Positions 9,959 through 20,288 of a stretch of 64,000 nucleotides of DNA are shown one piece after another. Within the stretch, counting starts at the first letter, position 1; every line of letters begins with the position of its first letter. This DNA comes from a bacterium (GTDB taxonomy: Bacteria > JAGOBX01). The DNA lies in contig JAKPEO010000124.1 in NCBI GenBank assembly GCA_029551925.1, forward strand, positions 672 to 64,671, given 5' to 3'. The notes below the pieces were generated by a model, which ran no database searches, was not told the DNA's origin, and was given only the letters and a program-made list of their open reading frames with translations. The position numbers were made by a program, and so were the translations under genes.

Positions 9959-10341
9959 AAAAATAATCCTAATATTTTTTTCAATTTATGATTTATTTTG
10001 TTGTTATAATAAATCATTTTATTTTTTTATTTTCTGCGGCTGTCAGTGTAATATATATTTTTTTCTCATTGTTTCCGCGAATTTTAATTAGTTTTTGCCA
10101 AACGCTAAAACGCTTTATATTTTTATTTTTCTGCATTTTTCTTAACTTATTAAAAATATATTTATAAAAAAATAAAAAACAACTGAAAAAAACAAAAGAA
10201 TGCAATCTATCGTGCAGTCAAAAAATTTCAAATATTTTTAACAAACAAAAAATGACTATAAATAAAAGTAATTTTTCCATTTTATTTTTTTCAATTAAAA
10301 TATAATATAAAGAATAATATTTTTAAGGTGGTAAACAAAAT

Positions 10342-11574
10342 ATGCATAATATTGAAAATAGTATATTGACCCGCAATAATGCAATGAAAATAATTATATT
10401 TTTCGGACTAATTAGTTTATGTGGGGATATTATTTACGAAGGTGCGCGAAGCGTTAATGGTCCATATTTAAAATTACTTAGCGCAAATGCCGCACTTGTC
10501 GGATTAATAGCAGGATTAAGCGAATTTTTCGGATATTTTATAAGAATGGCAACCGGCTATTTTGCAGACAAAAAAAATATGCATTGGACTTTTACTATTA
10601 TTGGATACGGGCTTTTGGTTTCTGTGCCGCTTATGGCGTTTGCCGGCATTTGGCAAATTGCGGCATTGTTTATTGTCGCAGAGCGGCTTGGTAAAGCAGT
10701 TCGCAGTCCGGCAAAAGACACTATTGTTTCATTATCCGCTAAAAAAATAGGGACCGGCTTTGGTTTTGGAATACTTGAAGCATTAGACCAACTGGGCGCT
10801 CTTGCTGGTCCACTAATATTTACAGGACTTTTCTTTTTTTTGAAGGACGGAGAAAAAACAATTTCAGATTATCAAAAAGGATATTCGTTTTTTTGGATTT
10901 TCTTTGTTTTACTAATGATTTTTGTATTTACCGCTTATTCTAAATTTTCTAAAAAAGCAGATTTTTATGAAGAAAAAAAAATAGATACAAGTGAAGAACT
11001 ACCTAAAATATTTTGGTTATACACTTTATTTATTTTTATAACTACAATGGGTTTTGTAAATTTTATTTTGTATGCTTACCACTTCAAAAAAACAGGCGCG
11101 CTCAATGATTATCAAATACCGCTATTTTATTCTATTGCAATGATAATTGACGGCGCGGCGGCAGTGGTAATAGGAAAAATATACGATATTTTAAAAGCAA
11201 AATTAAAAAATGAATTTGCCGGCATCTTGACTTTGATTATTCTACCGATATTTAGTATGATTATTCCGTTTTTCGGATTTTCCAATAATTTTTTATTTAT
11301 TATGATTTCAGTTTGTGTGTGGGGAATAGTAATGGCCGGGCACGAGACAATAATGAAATCTGCAATTGCCGATATGACCACTTTAAAAAAACGCGGCACT
11401 GGCTACGGTATATTCAATGCTGTTTATGGAATATCTATGCTTATTGGAGCAACAGGCGCGGGCTATCTTTACGAAAAAAATTTGAAGTTTGTTATTATTG
11501 CGAGCGTTTTATGCGAATTGTTAAGTCTAATAGTATTATATAAAATTTATCGCGAAGTAAAAATAAAAAAATAA
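10342..11574 (+). CDS. MFS-type transporter
   Basis: About 12 predicted TM segments; AAGGTGG ribosome-binding site before the ATG. Confidence 0.65.
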   Translation: MHNIENSILTRNNAMKIIIFFGLISLCGDIIYEGARSVNGPYLKLLSANAALVGLIAGLSEFFGYFIRMATGYFADKKNMHWTFTIIGYGLLVSVPLMAFAGIWQIAALFIVAERLGKAVRSPAKDTIVSLSAKKIGTGFGFGILEALDQLGALAGPLIFTGLFFFLKDGEKTISDYQKGYSFFWIFFVLLMIFVFTAYSKFSKKADFYEEKKIDTSEELPKIFWLYTLFIFITTMGFVNFILYAYHFKKTGALNDYQIPLFYSIAMIIDGAAAVVIGKIYDILKAKLKNEFAGILTLIILPIFSMIIPFFGFSNNFLFIMISVCVWGIVMAGHETIMKSAIADMTTLKKRGTGYGIFNAVYGISMLIGATGAGYLYEKNLKFVIIASVLCELLSLIVLYKIYREVKIKK

Positions 11575-11672
11575 TTTTTTTCATACGCATTCTGTTCCTT
11601 TGCGGCAAAGGATAAAAACACAAACAATACCGCATAAATTAATGCTGTATTGTTTGTCTACAAATAATTGAG

Positions 11673-12650
11673 TTATTTGAAAAGTTGTTCGATTATTTTT
11701 GCTACAATAGGATTCTGTTTTTCCACAGAATTGAATGTCCTCAAAAATTTCACAGCTTGCAAATATTGGTCTGATTTCACTAAAATCTGTAATTTTAATA
11801 TTTTGTTTAATAAATTTTCAGGATTTAGATTTAACGCGGCATCTATATATTTTTCCGCTTTCGCTAAATCAGCCAACTGATATAACAATGCGGCAATATT
11901 ATATTTAATCACATCGCTATCATTTGTTAAATCGTTTATTTCTTCATAATATTTCAGCGCTTCAGAAAAATTATTTTCTAAAACTGCTGAATTTGCTAAA
12001 TTAGTCAGTTGCTCAATTTTTTCAATTTTAATTTTTTCAGATTTTTCATTTAAATTATTTTGCAATTCTGTAATTTTTTCTTTTTTTTCTTTTTCTAATA
12101 AACTTAATGACATTTTTAATTTTTCGTTTTCTTCAAGCAATTCATATTTGTCCTTAATAGCGCTGTTAACCTCAATAGTTTTAAGTCTTAAAATTTCCTG
12201 ATTGTTTTGCAAATCCTTTTTTAATTTTAAATTTTCATTATTTAATTTTAAATTTTCTGCTTCTATAATTTTGTATCTTTCTAATAATTGCAGATTTTCA
12301 TTTGTTTTATTTTCTAATATTTTAAGCGAATTATTTAATCTCTGTTCTAAATTGCGCTGCTGCGTATTTTCATTTTCTAATTTTTTTATTTGATGCGATT
12401 GTTCTGCTACTAAATTTGTCAATGTCTGCAACTGCTTTTCATAATTGTTTATTGTCGCTAATGCTCTATCTAATTCTAATTTTGTCGATTTGAAGACTTT
12501 GTTCAGTTCATCATATTTTTCCATTAGTTCTATTAATCGCGCATCAGTATCAGCTGCTAATGACTGTTTTGCTTCATCAGCGTAAACATCAGCGGTTCCG
12601 AAAAATAGCAATCCAAAATACGCAAAAAAAATCAAATAATATTTCTTCAT
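11673..12650 (-). CDS. Secreted coiled-coil protein with C-terminal TPR-like helices
   Basis: Signal peptide MKKYYLIFFAYFGLLFFGTADVYA, then long heptad-like Q/E/K/L-rich segment. Lies 8 nt downstream of the Ser/Thr kinase gene. Confidence 0.5.
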   Translation of the reverse strand: MKKYYLIFFAYFGLLFFGTADVYADEAKQSLAADTDARLIELMEKYDELNKVFKSTKLELDRALATINNYEKQLQTLTNLVAEQSHQIKKLENENTQQRNLEQRLNNSLKILENKTNENLQLLERYKIIEAENLKLNNENLKLKKDLQNNQEILRLKTIEVNSAIKDKYELLEENEKLKMSLSLLEKEKKEKITELQNNLNEKSEKIKIEKIEQLTNLANSAVLENNFSEALKYYEEINDLTNDSDVIKYNIAALLYQLADLAKAEKYIDAALNLNPENLLNKILKLQILVKSDQYLQAVKFLRTFNSVEKQNPIVAKIIEQLFK

Positions 12651-12657
12651 GAAATCT

Positions 12658-15600
12658 CTAAATTTTCTTTAAATCTTCAATAATTTCAGCTGCGTTAGAA
12701 TATCTATTATTTTTATCTTTTTCTAAGCATTTATTAATTATCAATTCAAATTGTTCCGGCGCTGTCGCAACAATCGAGCGAATATTCGGCGGTTTAGCGC
12801 TCAAATGTTTATAAATCAGCGCATTAATATTTTTAGAATCAAACGGCGGCGCTGCTGCAATCATTTCAAACAATACGCAGCCGAACGCATAAATATCAGT
12901 GCGATTATCAATATCTTCGCCGCGTATCTGTTCAGGAGACATATATTGAGCAGTGCCCATAGCAATACCTTCCTGCGTCATTGACACGTTTTCATTTGCC
13001 TGTTTAGCCAAACCAAAATCCATGATTTTTATATTATTGTCAATTGTAATCATAATATTGTCAGGTTTAATATCGCGATGAATAATATTATGTCTGTGCG
13101 CAAAATCGAGCGCGGCACAAATTTGCAGCGCAATGTTTTTGACATAATGTTCGTCAAATACATATTTTTCGTTTTTAATAATTTCAGTCAATGTTTTACC
13201 TTCAACATATTCCATTGAAATATACATTTCATCTTCGCTGTCTCCAACATCAAACACATTTACGATATTATGATGATTCAATTTTGCAACTGCGCGCGCT
13301 TCAATGAATAATCTTTTCGCTTGCTCTGAATGTATATCTGTATTTGCTGGCAGTTGTTTTAACGCTACAATTCTATCTAATTTTTTATCGCGAGCTTTAT
13401 ATACAATCCCCATTCCACCACGACCTAATTCCTGAATTATTTCATAACGTTCTAATGTAGATTTTTTTAATTCGCGCGGCATAGCATAGCCATACTGCAA
13501 AGTTATCAAGTCATTACGCGATGATTTGACATCTTCTAATAAAAATAATTGTTTTTGCACATCTTCAAAATTATCATCTATCACTGCTATTTCTTCAAAC
13601 AGCGCTTTTGCTTTTGGTTTTTCATCGTGCGCTATATACAATTTCGCCACACAATATTTCAAAATTAATTCTTCGCGCTGATTGCCAGTGTTCTTCATTA
13701 AAATATTCGCTAAATACTGCAATCCTAATCCTGTTTGTTTAGAAACTACAAATATCTCTGTGATTAATTCTAAACTGCGTTTCCATAAAATTTTATCGTT
13801 AGATAATTTTATTATCTTTTTCAATTCATCAATTGCCAATTTATAAAAACCAGTATCATAATACGCTTTTGCCAAATCATACAAAATCTCTAATTTCTTC
13901 GCTTCAGTTGTCATACTATCATTTAGTAATTCCTGAAATTTCATAATATGCGAATTTTTAACTATTGATTCTAAATATTCTATTTTTGACTGAGCGTATT
14001 CGTTATTTTCTTGGATTTTCAAAATTTTTTCAAACTGCTCTTTTGCTTCACGCATCATATTGCAATTCAAATATAAATTTGCTGATTGCTTTAATATCTC
14101 AATATTTTCGGGTTCGAATTTTAATATATTTTCATAAATTTTTAACGCTTCGGTTTCTCTTCCTGTTTCTTTATAAATCGTAGCAAGCGCTATTTTTTCT
14201 TGTATCAGCGCAGCATCTTTATGCTCTGAAATAAGACGATTATAATATTCTTCCATCTTCGCGCTGTTGCCTGCTGTTCCGTATAATTCAATATATGTTT
14301 TATACAGCGCTATTTTATCGTCATAATAATCGAATATCATATCTAATCGTTCAATTGCAAAATTTAATTCCTGCGTCTCTAAACTAACTAATCTATTTAA
14401 CAACGGCAGTAATTCGCTATATTTTTTTTGCATTATTAAGACATTTATATAACTTTTTATATATTCTATATTTTCAGGATTATCAGCGATAATTTTTTTA
14501 TAGACATTCGCTAATTTTTCTAAATCATTAGATTGTTTTAATAATTCTATTAAGCGCACAAGTTTTAATCTATCATTATTCAAATTATTATTTTCAAACA
14601 ATAAATATAAATAACGCTGCTCTTCTGATTTAAAATTTAGTTCTTTTGATATTATCGCTAAAATTCTGTATATTTTCTCATCTGCTTGTATCTCTTCCTT
14701 TTTTTTAAATATTCTATAAGCATCGCTATACGCTTTTAGATTAAGATATAATCTTCCTAATTTTATCAAAATTGTATAATTGTCGTTTTCTAATTCCAAC
14801 ATTCTGTTATATATGCCAACTAATTTTTTGTAATCTATAATTATTGAATTATAAATAGTTTCAAACACTTCGAGTATCAGCATTTTTTCGATTTTCGTCT
14901 GACATTTTTGCAGTATTAATTCTAATTTTGTCTCAATAACACTTAGATATTTTTTGTCATATCTCAATAATTCCAAATAAATATCAGCGGATTTTTTATA
15001 ATTTTTTAGGATCGTCGATAAATCGCCGATTTTCATATAAATATCCAATCTATCAGGCGCGATACGCAAAGCATTTTCTAATTGTCTAATGGCTAAACCA
15101 ATGCTGCCAGTGCGTTGAAATAATTCTGCTAATTTTAGATAATAAAGCAATATTTGATCGCGCGTAAGAGAATCCGTATTTATTTTTAATAGTGTTTTTA
15201 TTGCTGAATCAGTTAATTTCAAAGAATTATAAATATCTGCAAGTTCGAAATATTGTGCTGCTTCGTCCCACCCGATTGATAATAAATACTCATAAAAACT
15301 CACTACAAGCGCTGGATTATCTTTATTTTTCTGGCAAAATCCAAAAATTTTAGTTTTATGACTTTCTTGAAGTTTTTTTATCAACTCGTCGATTTTTTTA
15401 AATTGTCTAAATAAATTCAAAAATTTAATTATTAAATTATGTCCGCGTATTTTCTTATCTAAAAATTGTTTGTCAATAGCAAAATTTTCGTCTATGGTAT
15501 TTTGTTCGACAAATTTCAGTTTTTTGTTTTTTTTGCTAATATTTAGTCTAACAGAAATCAGCCAAATAAAAAATATCAACAAAATAAAAATACCGGCTGC

Positions 15601-16242
15601 AATAAAATAAAATCTGTATTTTTCTAAATATAAATTTAATGTCTGCCAAGTGATATTTTTAAAGTCCGGCGTAGTTTCTTTAATTTTTTCGATTGTCTCT
15701 ATTGCCTTGTCAAACTCACGGTTTTCAGCGAATCTGCTTGCTTTTATAAATTCAATTTTGCTGATTTCATTTTCAAGCAATTTAATCTGATTGTCAATGT
15801 AAATTTTATCTGCAAAATTATTTATATTTTTTTGATAAAAATCTATTAATTTCAAAAATTGATCTTTATTTTTTACTGTTACGACAAATGCCGATGATAA
15901 TAATTCTGACAATTTTTCAAATACTGGCGCATTATCAGTATCCGAACATTCTAACGCGCTAACAAACATATCAAAAGATTTAAAATAAATTTCTGTTTTA
16001 TTATCAAACGCTATATTACCGGCATTGCGATAAGACAGTCCGGCATTAAAAAACGCTTTGAATTTATCCTCATCTTTTGTGGATAATTTCGCTAATTTTT
16101 CAAATAATTCTGCAGCTTCATAATATCTGCCATTTTTATATAAATTTCGCGCGCGGCTAAAGTTATTGATAAATTGCTGATTTGCGAAAATTTGCAAATT
16201 GTAACACAACAACAATAAAATACAAAAAAATATTCTTTTCAT
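12658..16242 (-). CDS. Ser/Thr protein kinase with reversed topology: signal peptide, ~190-aa periplasmic TPR-like domain, one TM, ~640-aa cytoplasmic TPR array, C-terminal Hanks-type kinase domain
   Basis: GRGGMGIVYKARD...ALK, HRDIKPDN, DFGLA and SPEQ motifs in the last ~260 aa; TM segment FYFIAAGIFILLIFFIWLISV; repeated TPR-like helices. Confidence 0.8.
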   Translation of the reverse strand: MKRIFFCILLLLCYNLQIFANQQFINNFSRARNLYKNGRYYEAAELFEKLAKLSTKDEDKFKAFFNAGLSYRNAGNIAFDNKTEIYFKSFDMFVSALECSDTDNAPVFEKLSELLSSAFVVTVKNKDQFLKLIDFYQKNINNFADKIYIDNQIKLLENEISKIEFIKASRFAENREFDKAIETIEKIKETTPDFKNITWQTLNLYLEKYRFYFIAAGIFILLIFFIWLISVRLNISKKNKKLKFVEQNTIDENFAIDKQFLDKKIRGHNLIIKFLNLFRQFKKIDELIKKLQESHKTKIFGFCQKNKDNPALVVSFYEYLLSIGWDEAAQYFELADIYNSLKLTDSAIKTLLKINTDSLTRDQILLYYLKLAELFQRTGSIGLAIRQLENALRIAPDRLDIYMKIGDLSTILKNYKKSADIYLELLRYDKKYLSVIETKLELILQKCQTKIEKMLILEVFETIYNSIIIDYKKLVGIYNRMLELENDNYTILIKLGRLYLNLKAYSDAYRIFKKKEEIQADEKIYRILAIISKELNFKSEEQRYLYLLFENNNLNNDRLKLVRLIELLKQSNDLEKLANVYKKIIADNPENIEYIKSYINVLIMQKKYSELLPLLNRLVSLETQELNFAIERLDMIFDYYDDKIALYKTYIELYGTAGNSAKMEEYYNRLISEHKDAALIQEKIALATIYKETGRETEALKIYENILKFEPENIEILKQSANLYLNCNMMREAKEQFEKILKIQENNEYAQSKIEYLESIVKNSHIMKFQELLNDSMTTEAKKLEILYDLAKAYYDTGFYKLAIDELKKIIKLSNDKILWKRSLELITEIFVVSKQTGLGLQYLANILMKNTGNQREELILKYCVAKLYIAHDEKPKAKALFEEIAVIDDNFEDVQKQLFLLEDVKSSRNDLITLQYGYAMPRELKKSTLERYEIIQELGRGGMGIVYKARDKKLDRIVALKQLPANTDIHSEQAKRLFIEARAVAKLNHHNIVNVFDVGDSEDEMYISMEYVEGKTLTEIIKNEKYVFDEHYVKNIALQICAALDFAHRHNIIHRDIKPDNIMITIDNNIKIMDFGLAKQANENVSMTQEGIAMGTAQYMSPEQIRGEDIDNRTDIYAFGCVLFEMIAAAPPFDSKNINALIYKHLSAKPPNIRSIVATAPEQFELIINKCLEKDKNNRYSNAAEIIEDLKKI

Positions 16243-17045
16243 TTTTTTGCGAGTTGATAAAACAACTTTAAAAATTCATCTAACTGCAATTGTTCAGCCC
16301 GCGCATTTTCAGATATATTCATATTGTTTAATATAGGAATTAATCTTGATTTGTCAATTGAAAAATTATTGATTAATGAATTAACTAATGTTTTTCTTTT
16401 ATTTGCAAATGCGCAGTGAATAAAATGATTAAATACCTCGCGATCTTCGGATTTTATTAGCGGGTCAGAATAACTTGTTAATTTTATTACGCTCGATATT
16501 ACTTTTGGTTTCGGATTAAAGCAATTCGGCGAAATATCAAACATTTTTTTTATTTGAAAAAAACACTGCAAAAATACAGTAAAACCATTATAATTTTTAG
16601 TGGTGCATTTAGCGATTAATCGTTCAGCCATTTCTTTTTGGACCATAAACACGCAAGACTTAATAAATTCCGATATTTCAACAATTTTATATAGTATCTG
16701 GGACGCGCAGCTATATGGAAGATTACTAACAATAATTGTATTTTTTAATTTCAAATTTAGTTGAGAGTAATCAAAATTTACAGCGTCAGCATTAAATATT
16801 TTAATATGCGGCGATTGATAGATTTTATTATTGGATAATTGGCTATACAAATTTTTATCCGCTTCAATCAAAATTAAATTATTTCCGAATCTCGTTAATT
16901 TTTCTGTCAACGCACCTTTTCCAGGACCTATCTCAATTATTGTATTTTCTTTGGATAATTCGCCGCTTGCAATATTTATAATTTTATTGATGATATTATT
17001 GTCAATCAAAAAATTTTGACCGAAATATTTTTGGAAATTTAACAT
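16239..17045 (-). CDS. rsmA: 16S rRNA (adenine1518/1519-N6)-dimethyltransferase
   Basis: FGQNFLID...IIEIGPGKGALT SAM motif characteristic of KsgA. Confidence 0.85.
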   Translation of the reverse strand: MLNFQKYFGQNFLIDNNIINKIINIASGELSKENTIIEIGPGKGALTEKLTRFGNNLILIEADKNLYSQLSNNKIYQSPHIKIFNADAVNFDYSQLNLKLKNTIIVSNLPYSCASQILYKIVEISEFIKSCVFMVQKEMAERLIAKCTTKNYNGFTVFLQCFFQIKKMFDISPNCFNPKPKVISSVIKLTSYSDPLIKSEDREVFNHFIHCAFANKRKTLVNSLINNFSIDKSRLIPILNNMNISENARAEQLQLDEFLKLFYQLAKK

Positions 17046-17048
17046 TTT

Positions 17049-18026
17049 TTATAATTTTCCAGAAGCGCCGCGGAATTTATATGATAATTCATCATTAAAT
17101 TTATTATATACAAGTTTTAATCCGAAAATCGAATTATCACGTATATCAAATGTCTCGCTGTAAAATCGCAAATCAAATATCGCAAGTTCTAAATCATTTT
17201 TGTTTTCTTTTATATAATATACAGGAAACCGCGAAAACCACAAATAAAAGTCCAATATTTCAGAATCTACTGCTTTATTAAATATTGATATTTGCTGTAA
17301 TTTTGATTTGTCAAATTTCTCAAATTGAGTTGTAATAAATCTATTTTCATCGTAAAGATCAGCATAATAATAATAATGTTTGTCTTCTAATATTGCCTTT
17401 TGATAATTATATAAAATAAAAGACGGCAGAATTTTTATTAATTTTATTTCGGAATTATCCAAAATATAATTTGTCTTATTAGCAAGCGATTTTTGAAAAT
17501 TAAAAACATAAAAAGCGTAAAATATAATAGCGACAAAAGACAAAACAACAGCGGTTTTTATAATTACAAATTTTTTAGTTATAAAATTGATTATTAACGG
17601 AAATAATAGCGCTGCCCAAATAAAAATATCTAAAATAAAAAACAAATCAAGAGCATAGCGTTTATTAGAAAATGGTTCTAATATCATTGTGCCATAAGAT
17701 GTTAATAAATCAAAAATTATATGCGCAGCTAAATTTAGAGATGCGCAAATTGTTATTGTTTTAGGAATTGAATTTTTTTTTTTTTTTAGAAAAAGATAAA
17801 AAAATAAAATTAATAAAATATTAAAAAAAATTGAATGAGTAATCCCTCGATGATGTCGGAAATACGCAATATCTCCGAATAATTTAAAAATATAATCAAA
17901 ATCCGGCAGAATTGAAAATATTAGCGCTGTCCGATAAAGCGCGCGGCGCTCTTCTTGTATAAATTCGTCTTTTCTCAAAAAAAAGTAAATGCTATACCCG
18001 TGCAATAAATGTGTAATCGTATCCAT
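17049..18026 (-). CDS. Membrane-bound metal-dependent hydrolase family protein (YdjM/DUF457-like)
   Basis: N-terminal MDTITHLLHG motif and polytopic membrane profile. Contains a 15-nt A/T homopolymer (17773..17787) encoding KKKKN. Confidence 0.55.
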   Translation of the reverse strand: MDTITHLLHGYSIYFFLRKDEFIQEERRALYRTALIFSILPDFDYIFKLFGDIAYFRHHRGITHSIFFNILLILFFYLFLKKKKNSIPKTITICASLNLAAHIIFDLLTSYGTMILEPFSNKRYALDLFFILDIFIWAALLFPLIINFITKKFVIIKTAVVLSFVAIIFYAFYVFNFQKSLANKTNYILDNSEIKLIKILPSFILYNYQKAILEDKHYYYYADLYDENRFITTQFEKFDKSKLQQISIFNKAVDSEILDFYLWFSRFPVYYIKENKNDLELAIFDLRFYSETFDIRDNSIFGLKLVYNKFNDELSYKFRGASGKL

Positions 18027-18239
18027 AAATTTTCTATTTTATAATTTTATTTGAATTATGCAATCATTTTTTTATTTCTTCATTTTAGGGACAGGCGTCA
18101 CCTCTTCACCTCTTTATTTCTTAATTTCTTCACATCTTACTTAAATCAATTCATTAGCACATTTATATTAGATTATTATTTTATGCAAATTGATATATTG
18201 ATTAATCTAAAAATTAGAAGTTAAAAAGATTAGACATCA

Positions 18240-18668
18240 TCAACGAATTTCAGTGAAAATATTTGAGTTTGAAATATATTTATAAGTATACGCACCAGCA
18301 TCATCTCTTAAATAAACTGATAAGGTATAACTAAAGCCATCAGATATGTATCTATATGCATTCGTATTATTATGTTCAAAAGGTGCGCGCGGTAATGAGC
18401 CTAAATATTTTGGCACAAGCGAACTAGCAAGCGCATCTGATATATTTGCTTCCGAAGTTGAAATAGGATAAGAATTATTCGGTCTATCAAGCGAATACGT
18501 TCGCAGAGCAGTATTTAAAGAAATTATATCAGATTTGGCATTAGCTATTTTGGCTTTATCTAATGCAGATAGTAATCGCGGTATTGCAGAAACTGCAAGA
18601 ACCCCTATAATTGCTATCACAACTAATAATTCTATCAATGTAAAACCGTATTTATTATTTCTCAACAT
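18240..18668 (-). CDS. Type IV pilin-like protein (prepilin-type N-terminal cleavage/methylation domain)
   Basis: MLRNNKYG|FTLIELLVVIAIIGVLAV leader with Gly-1, Phe+1 and Glu+5. Confidence 0.75.
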   Translation of the reverse strand: MLRNNKYGFTLIELLVVIAIIGVLAVSAIPRLLSALDKAKIANAKSDIISLNTALRTYSLDRPNNSYPISTSEANISDALASSLVPKYLGSLPRAPFEHNNTNAYRYISDGFSYTLSVYLRDDAGAYTYKYISNSNIFTEIR

Positions 18669-18713
18669 AAAATTATTAAATTACCCTAGTGATTTTTTTT
18701 TTATTTTTTAAGT

Positions 18714-18747
18714 AAAAAAGCGGAATAATACTCAAATTATTCCGCTT
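18714..18747. terminator. Rho-independent terminator hairpin (gcggaataat/attattccgc) flanked by A- and T-runs, between the two pilin genes
   Basis: Perfect 10-bp inverted repeat followed by T-runs on both strands. Confidence 0.6.
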
Positions 18748-18796
18748 TTTTTTATAATATAATTATAAAATAAAAAATAAAATATATTTTTTATTT

Positions 18797-19234
18797 TTAT
18801 TCTAATTCGCTTAATTCTGGCGTAAATTGCGATTGTTCAGACCAATATTTTAAATCTTGATAACCAGTGCCTTCTATTCTTTTTACTTTTGCATAAATTG
18901 TATATATAGTGCCATTACTTTCATACATATATGCATTTCCTGCTTCTGTTTCAGCTGTCTGCCACGGATTTTTTGGCGCAGACCCTAAATATTTTGGAAT
19001 TAATGACGCTAAAGCAGTAGAAACTACAGCTTTTGACGCAGTTGGATATTGTCCAGCAGGATGATTCAAACTATACATATTCAGCGCCGAATTTATAGCG
19101 GCAATATCAGCTTTAACAACGCCCTGCTTTGCTTTGTCTATTGCTGACAATAATTTAGGAATTGCTACTACTGCTAATACGCCTATAATAGCAATAACGA
19201 CTAACAATTCAATTAAAGTAAAACCTTTTTTCAT
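18797..19234 (-). CDS. Type IV pilin-like protein (paralog)
   Basis: MKKG|FTLIELLVVIAIIGVLAVVAIP; strong GGAGGG ribosome-binding site upstream. Confidence 0.75.
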   Translation of the reverse strand: MKKGFTLIELLVVIAIIGVLAVVAIPKLLSAIDKAKQGVVKADIAAINSALNMYSLNHPAGQYPTASKAVVSTALASLIPKYLGSAPKNPWQTAETEAGNAYMYESNGTIYTIYAKVKRIEGTGYQDLKYWSEQSQFTPELSELE

Positions 19235-19443
19235 AAAAAGCCCTCCAAAAAATTTTTCTTCTTTAAATTATAATGTAGCAATTTTATTTCTATAAATACT
19301 ATTAAAATCATTAATTATCTATTTTTCAAAAAAATACATAAAATCTGATATAAATTTTTTTAATATTCTTTAATTATTAGTCAAAAAAATAACTATTTTT
19401 TTTAGTTTGTGTTAAAAAAACAACAAAATCATACAATAAAATT

Positions 19444-20241
19444 TTAGTCATTTAATTTGATTTGTTTGATAATTTCTTTATTATTTCTATATCCCTTCAA
19501 AGTGATTTCTTTGCCTTTATTTTCTGCCAGCATTTTGAAAAAGTGTTTGCGATTGTTTATCCGTTCATCATTAAAATAAAAAAATATATCGCCTTTTAAA
19601 ATATCAGAATAATAAGCAGGCGTATCTTTTATTACAATTTTGACTATGACTCCGCGATTAGTTTCGTATTTTTTTTTGATTTCATCATCTAAATCAGTCA
19701 AATAAATTCCTAATTTCGGAGTTTTTAATTTTGCCCAAAATGTCGCTTGATAGTCATAATAATCCTTTGTTGATTGGAAATATTGAGTTTGATACTCGCC
19801 TTCAATAGTAATAGTTTGTTCTTTAAGCGATGATTTGCCGTCTGAATGATATTTTGCTTCTCTTATTACAGTGCGTTGGTCCGGCTGACGCACTGAAAAT
19901 GGTATTGTTTCTGTAATAGTGGCAATATGCCGATTTTTTACTACTACTATTGCCGCGCCTTTTTTTTGCGCTGCTTTTATCGCTTTTTCTTTATCTATGT
20001 ATGTTGATTTGAATTTTGCGCTGCCTATTAATATATAGCCATTTTCTAATAGCGCTTCTTCTGCTGCGTAAATATCATCTGTTGAATAAATTTTTGGTAT
20101 CTCATTTTTTGAAATTTGTTCAATTGGAAATTTATAACTGCCATTTAACATTTCTTCATTTACGCTAATAAAATTTGTTATATACGGATTTGAACAGCCG
20201 ATTATTATCGCGCAAAATATAAGATAAAGAATTTTTTTCAT
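19444..20241 (-). CDS. Lipoprotein of unknown function with possible C-terminal PDZ-like domain
   Basis: Lipobox IIIGC after a signal peptide; C-terminal GVIVKIV...GD.I...N pattern. Confidence 0.4.
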   Translation of the reverse strand: MKKILYLIFCAIIIGCSNPYITNFISVNEEMLNGSYKFPIEQISKNEIPKIYSTDDIYAAEEALLENGYILIGSAKFKSTYIDKEKAIKAAQKKGAAIVVVKNRHIATITETIPFSVRQPDQRTVIREAKYHSDGKSSLKEQTITIEGEYQTQYFQSTKDYYDYQATFWAKLKTPKLGIYLTDLDDEIKKKYETNRGVIVKIVIKDTPAYYSDILKGDIFFYFNDERINNRKHFFKMLAENKGKEITLKGYRNNKEIIKQIKLND

Positions 20242-20288
20242 TTTTTTACCGCCTTTAATTTAATTAGACGCATTATCTCCAAAAAACT

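Noticed and set aside
10014-10205. 63-aa ORF in the 383-nt divergent intergenic region between the GGDEF regulator and the MFS gene
   Set aside because: Lys-rich low-complexity translation of an AT-rich promoter region, with no ribosome-binding site. More likely a promoter or UTR than a gene.
18088-18114. Tandem AGAGGTGA units interpreted as ribosome-binding sites
   Set aside because: They lie ~85 nt upstream of the nearest start codon (hydrolase gene), too far to act as a Shine-Dalgarno sequence. They are kept only as a low-interest regulatory-motif observation.
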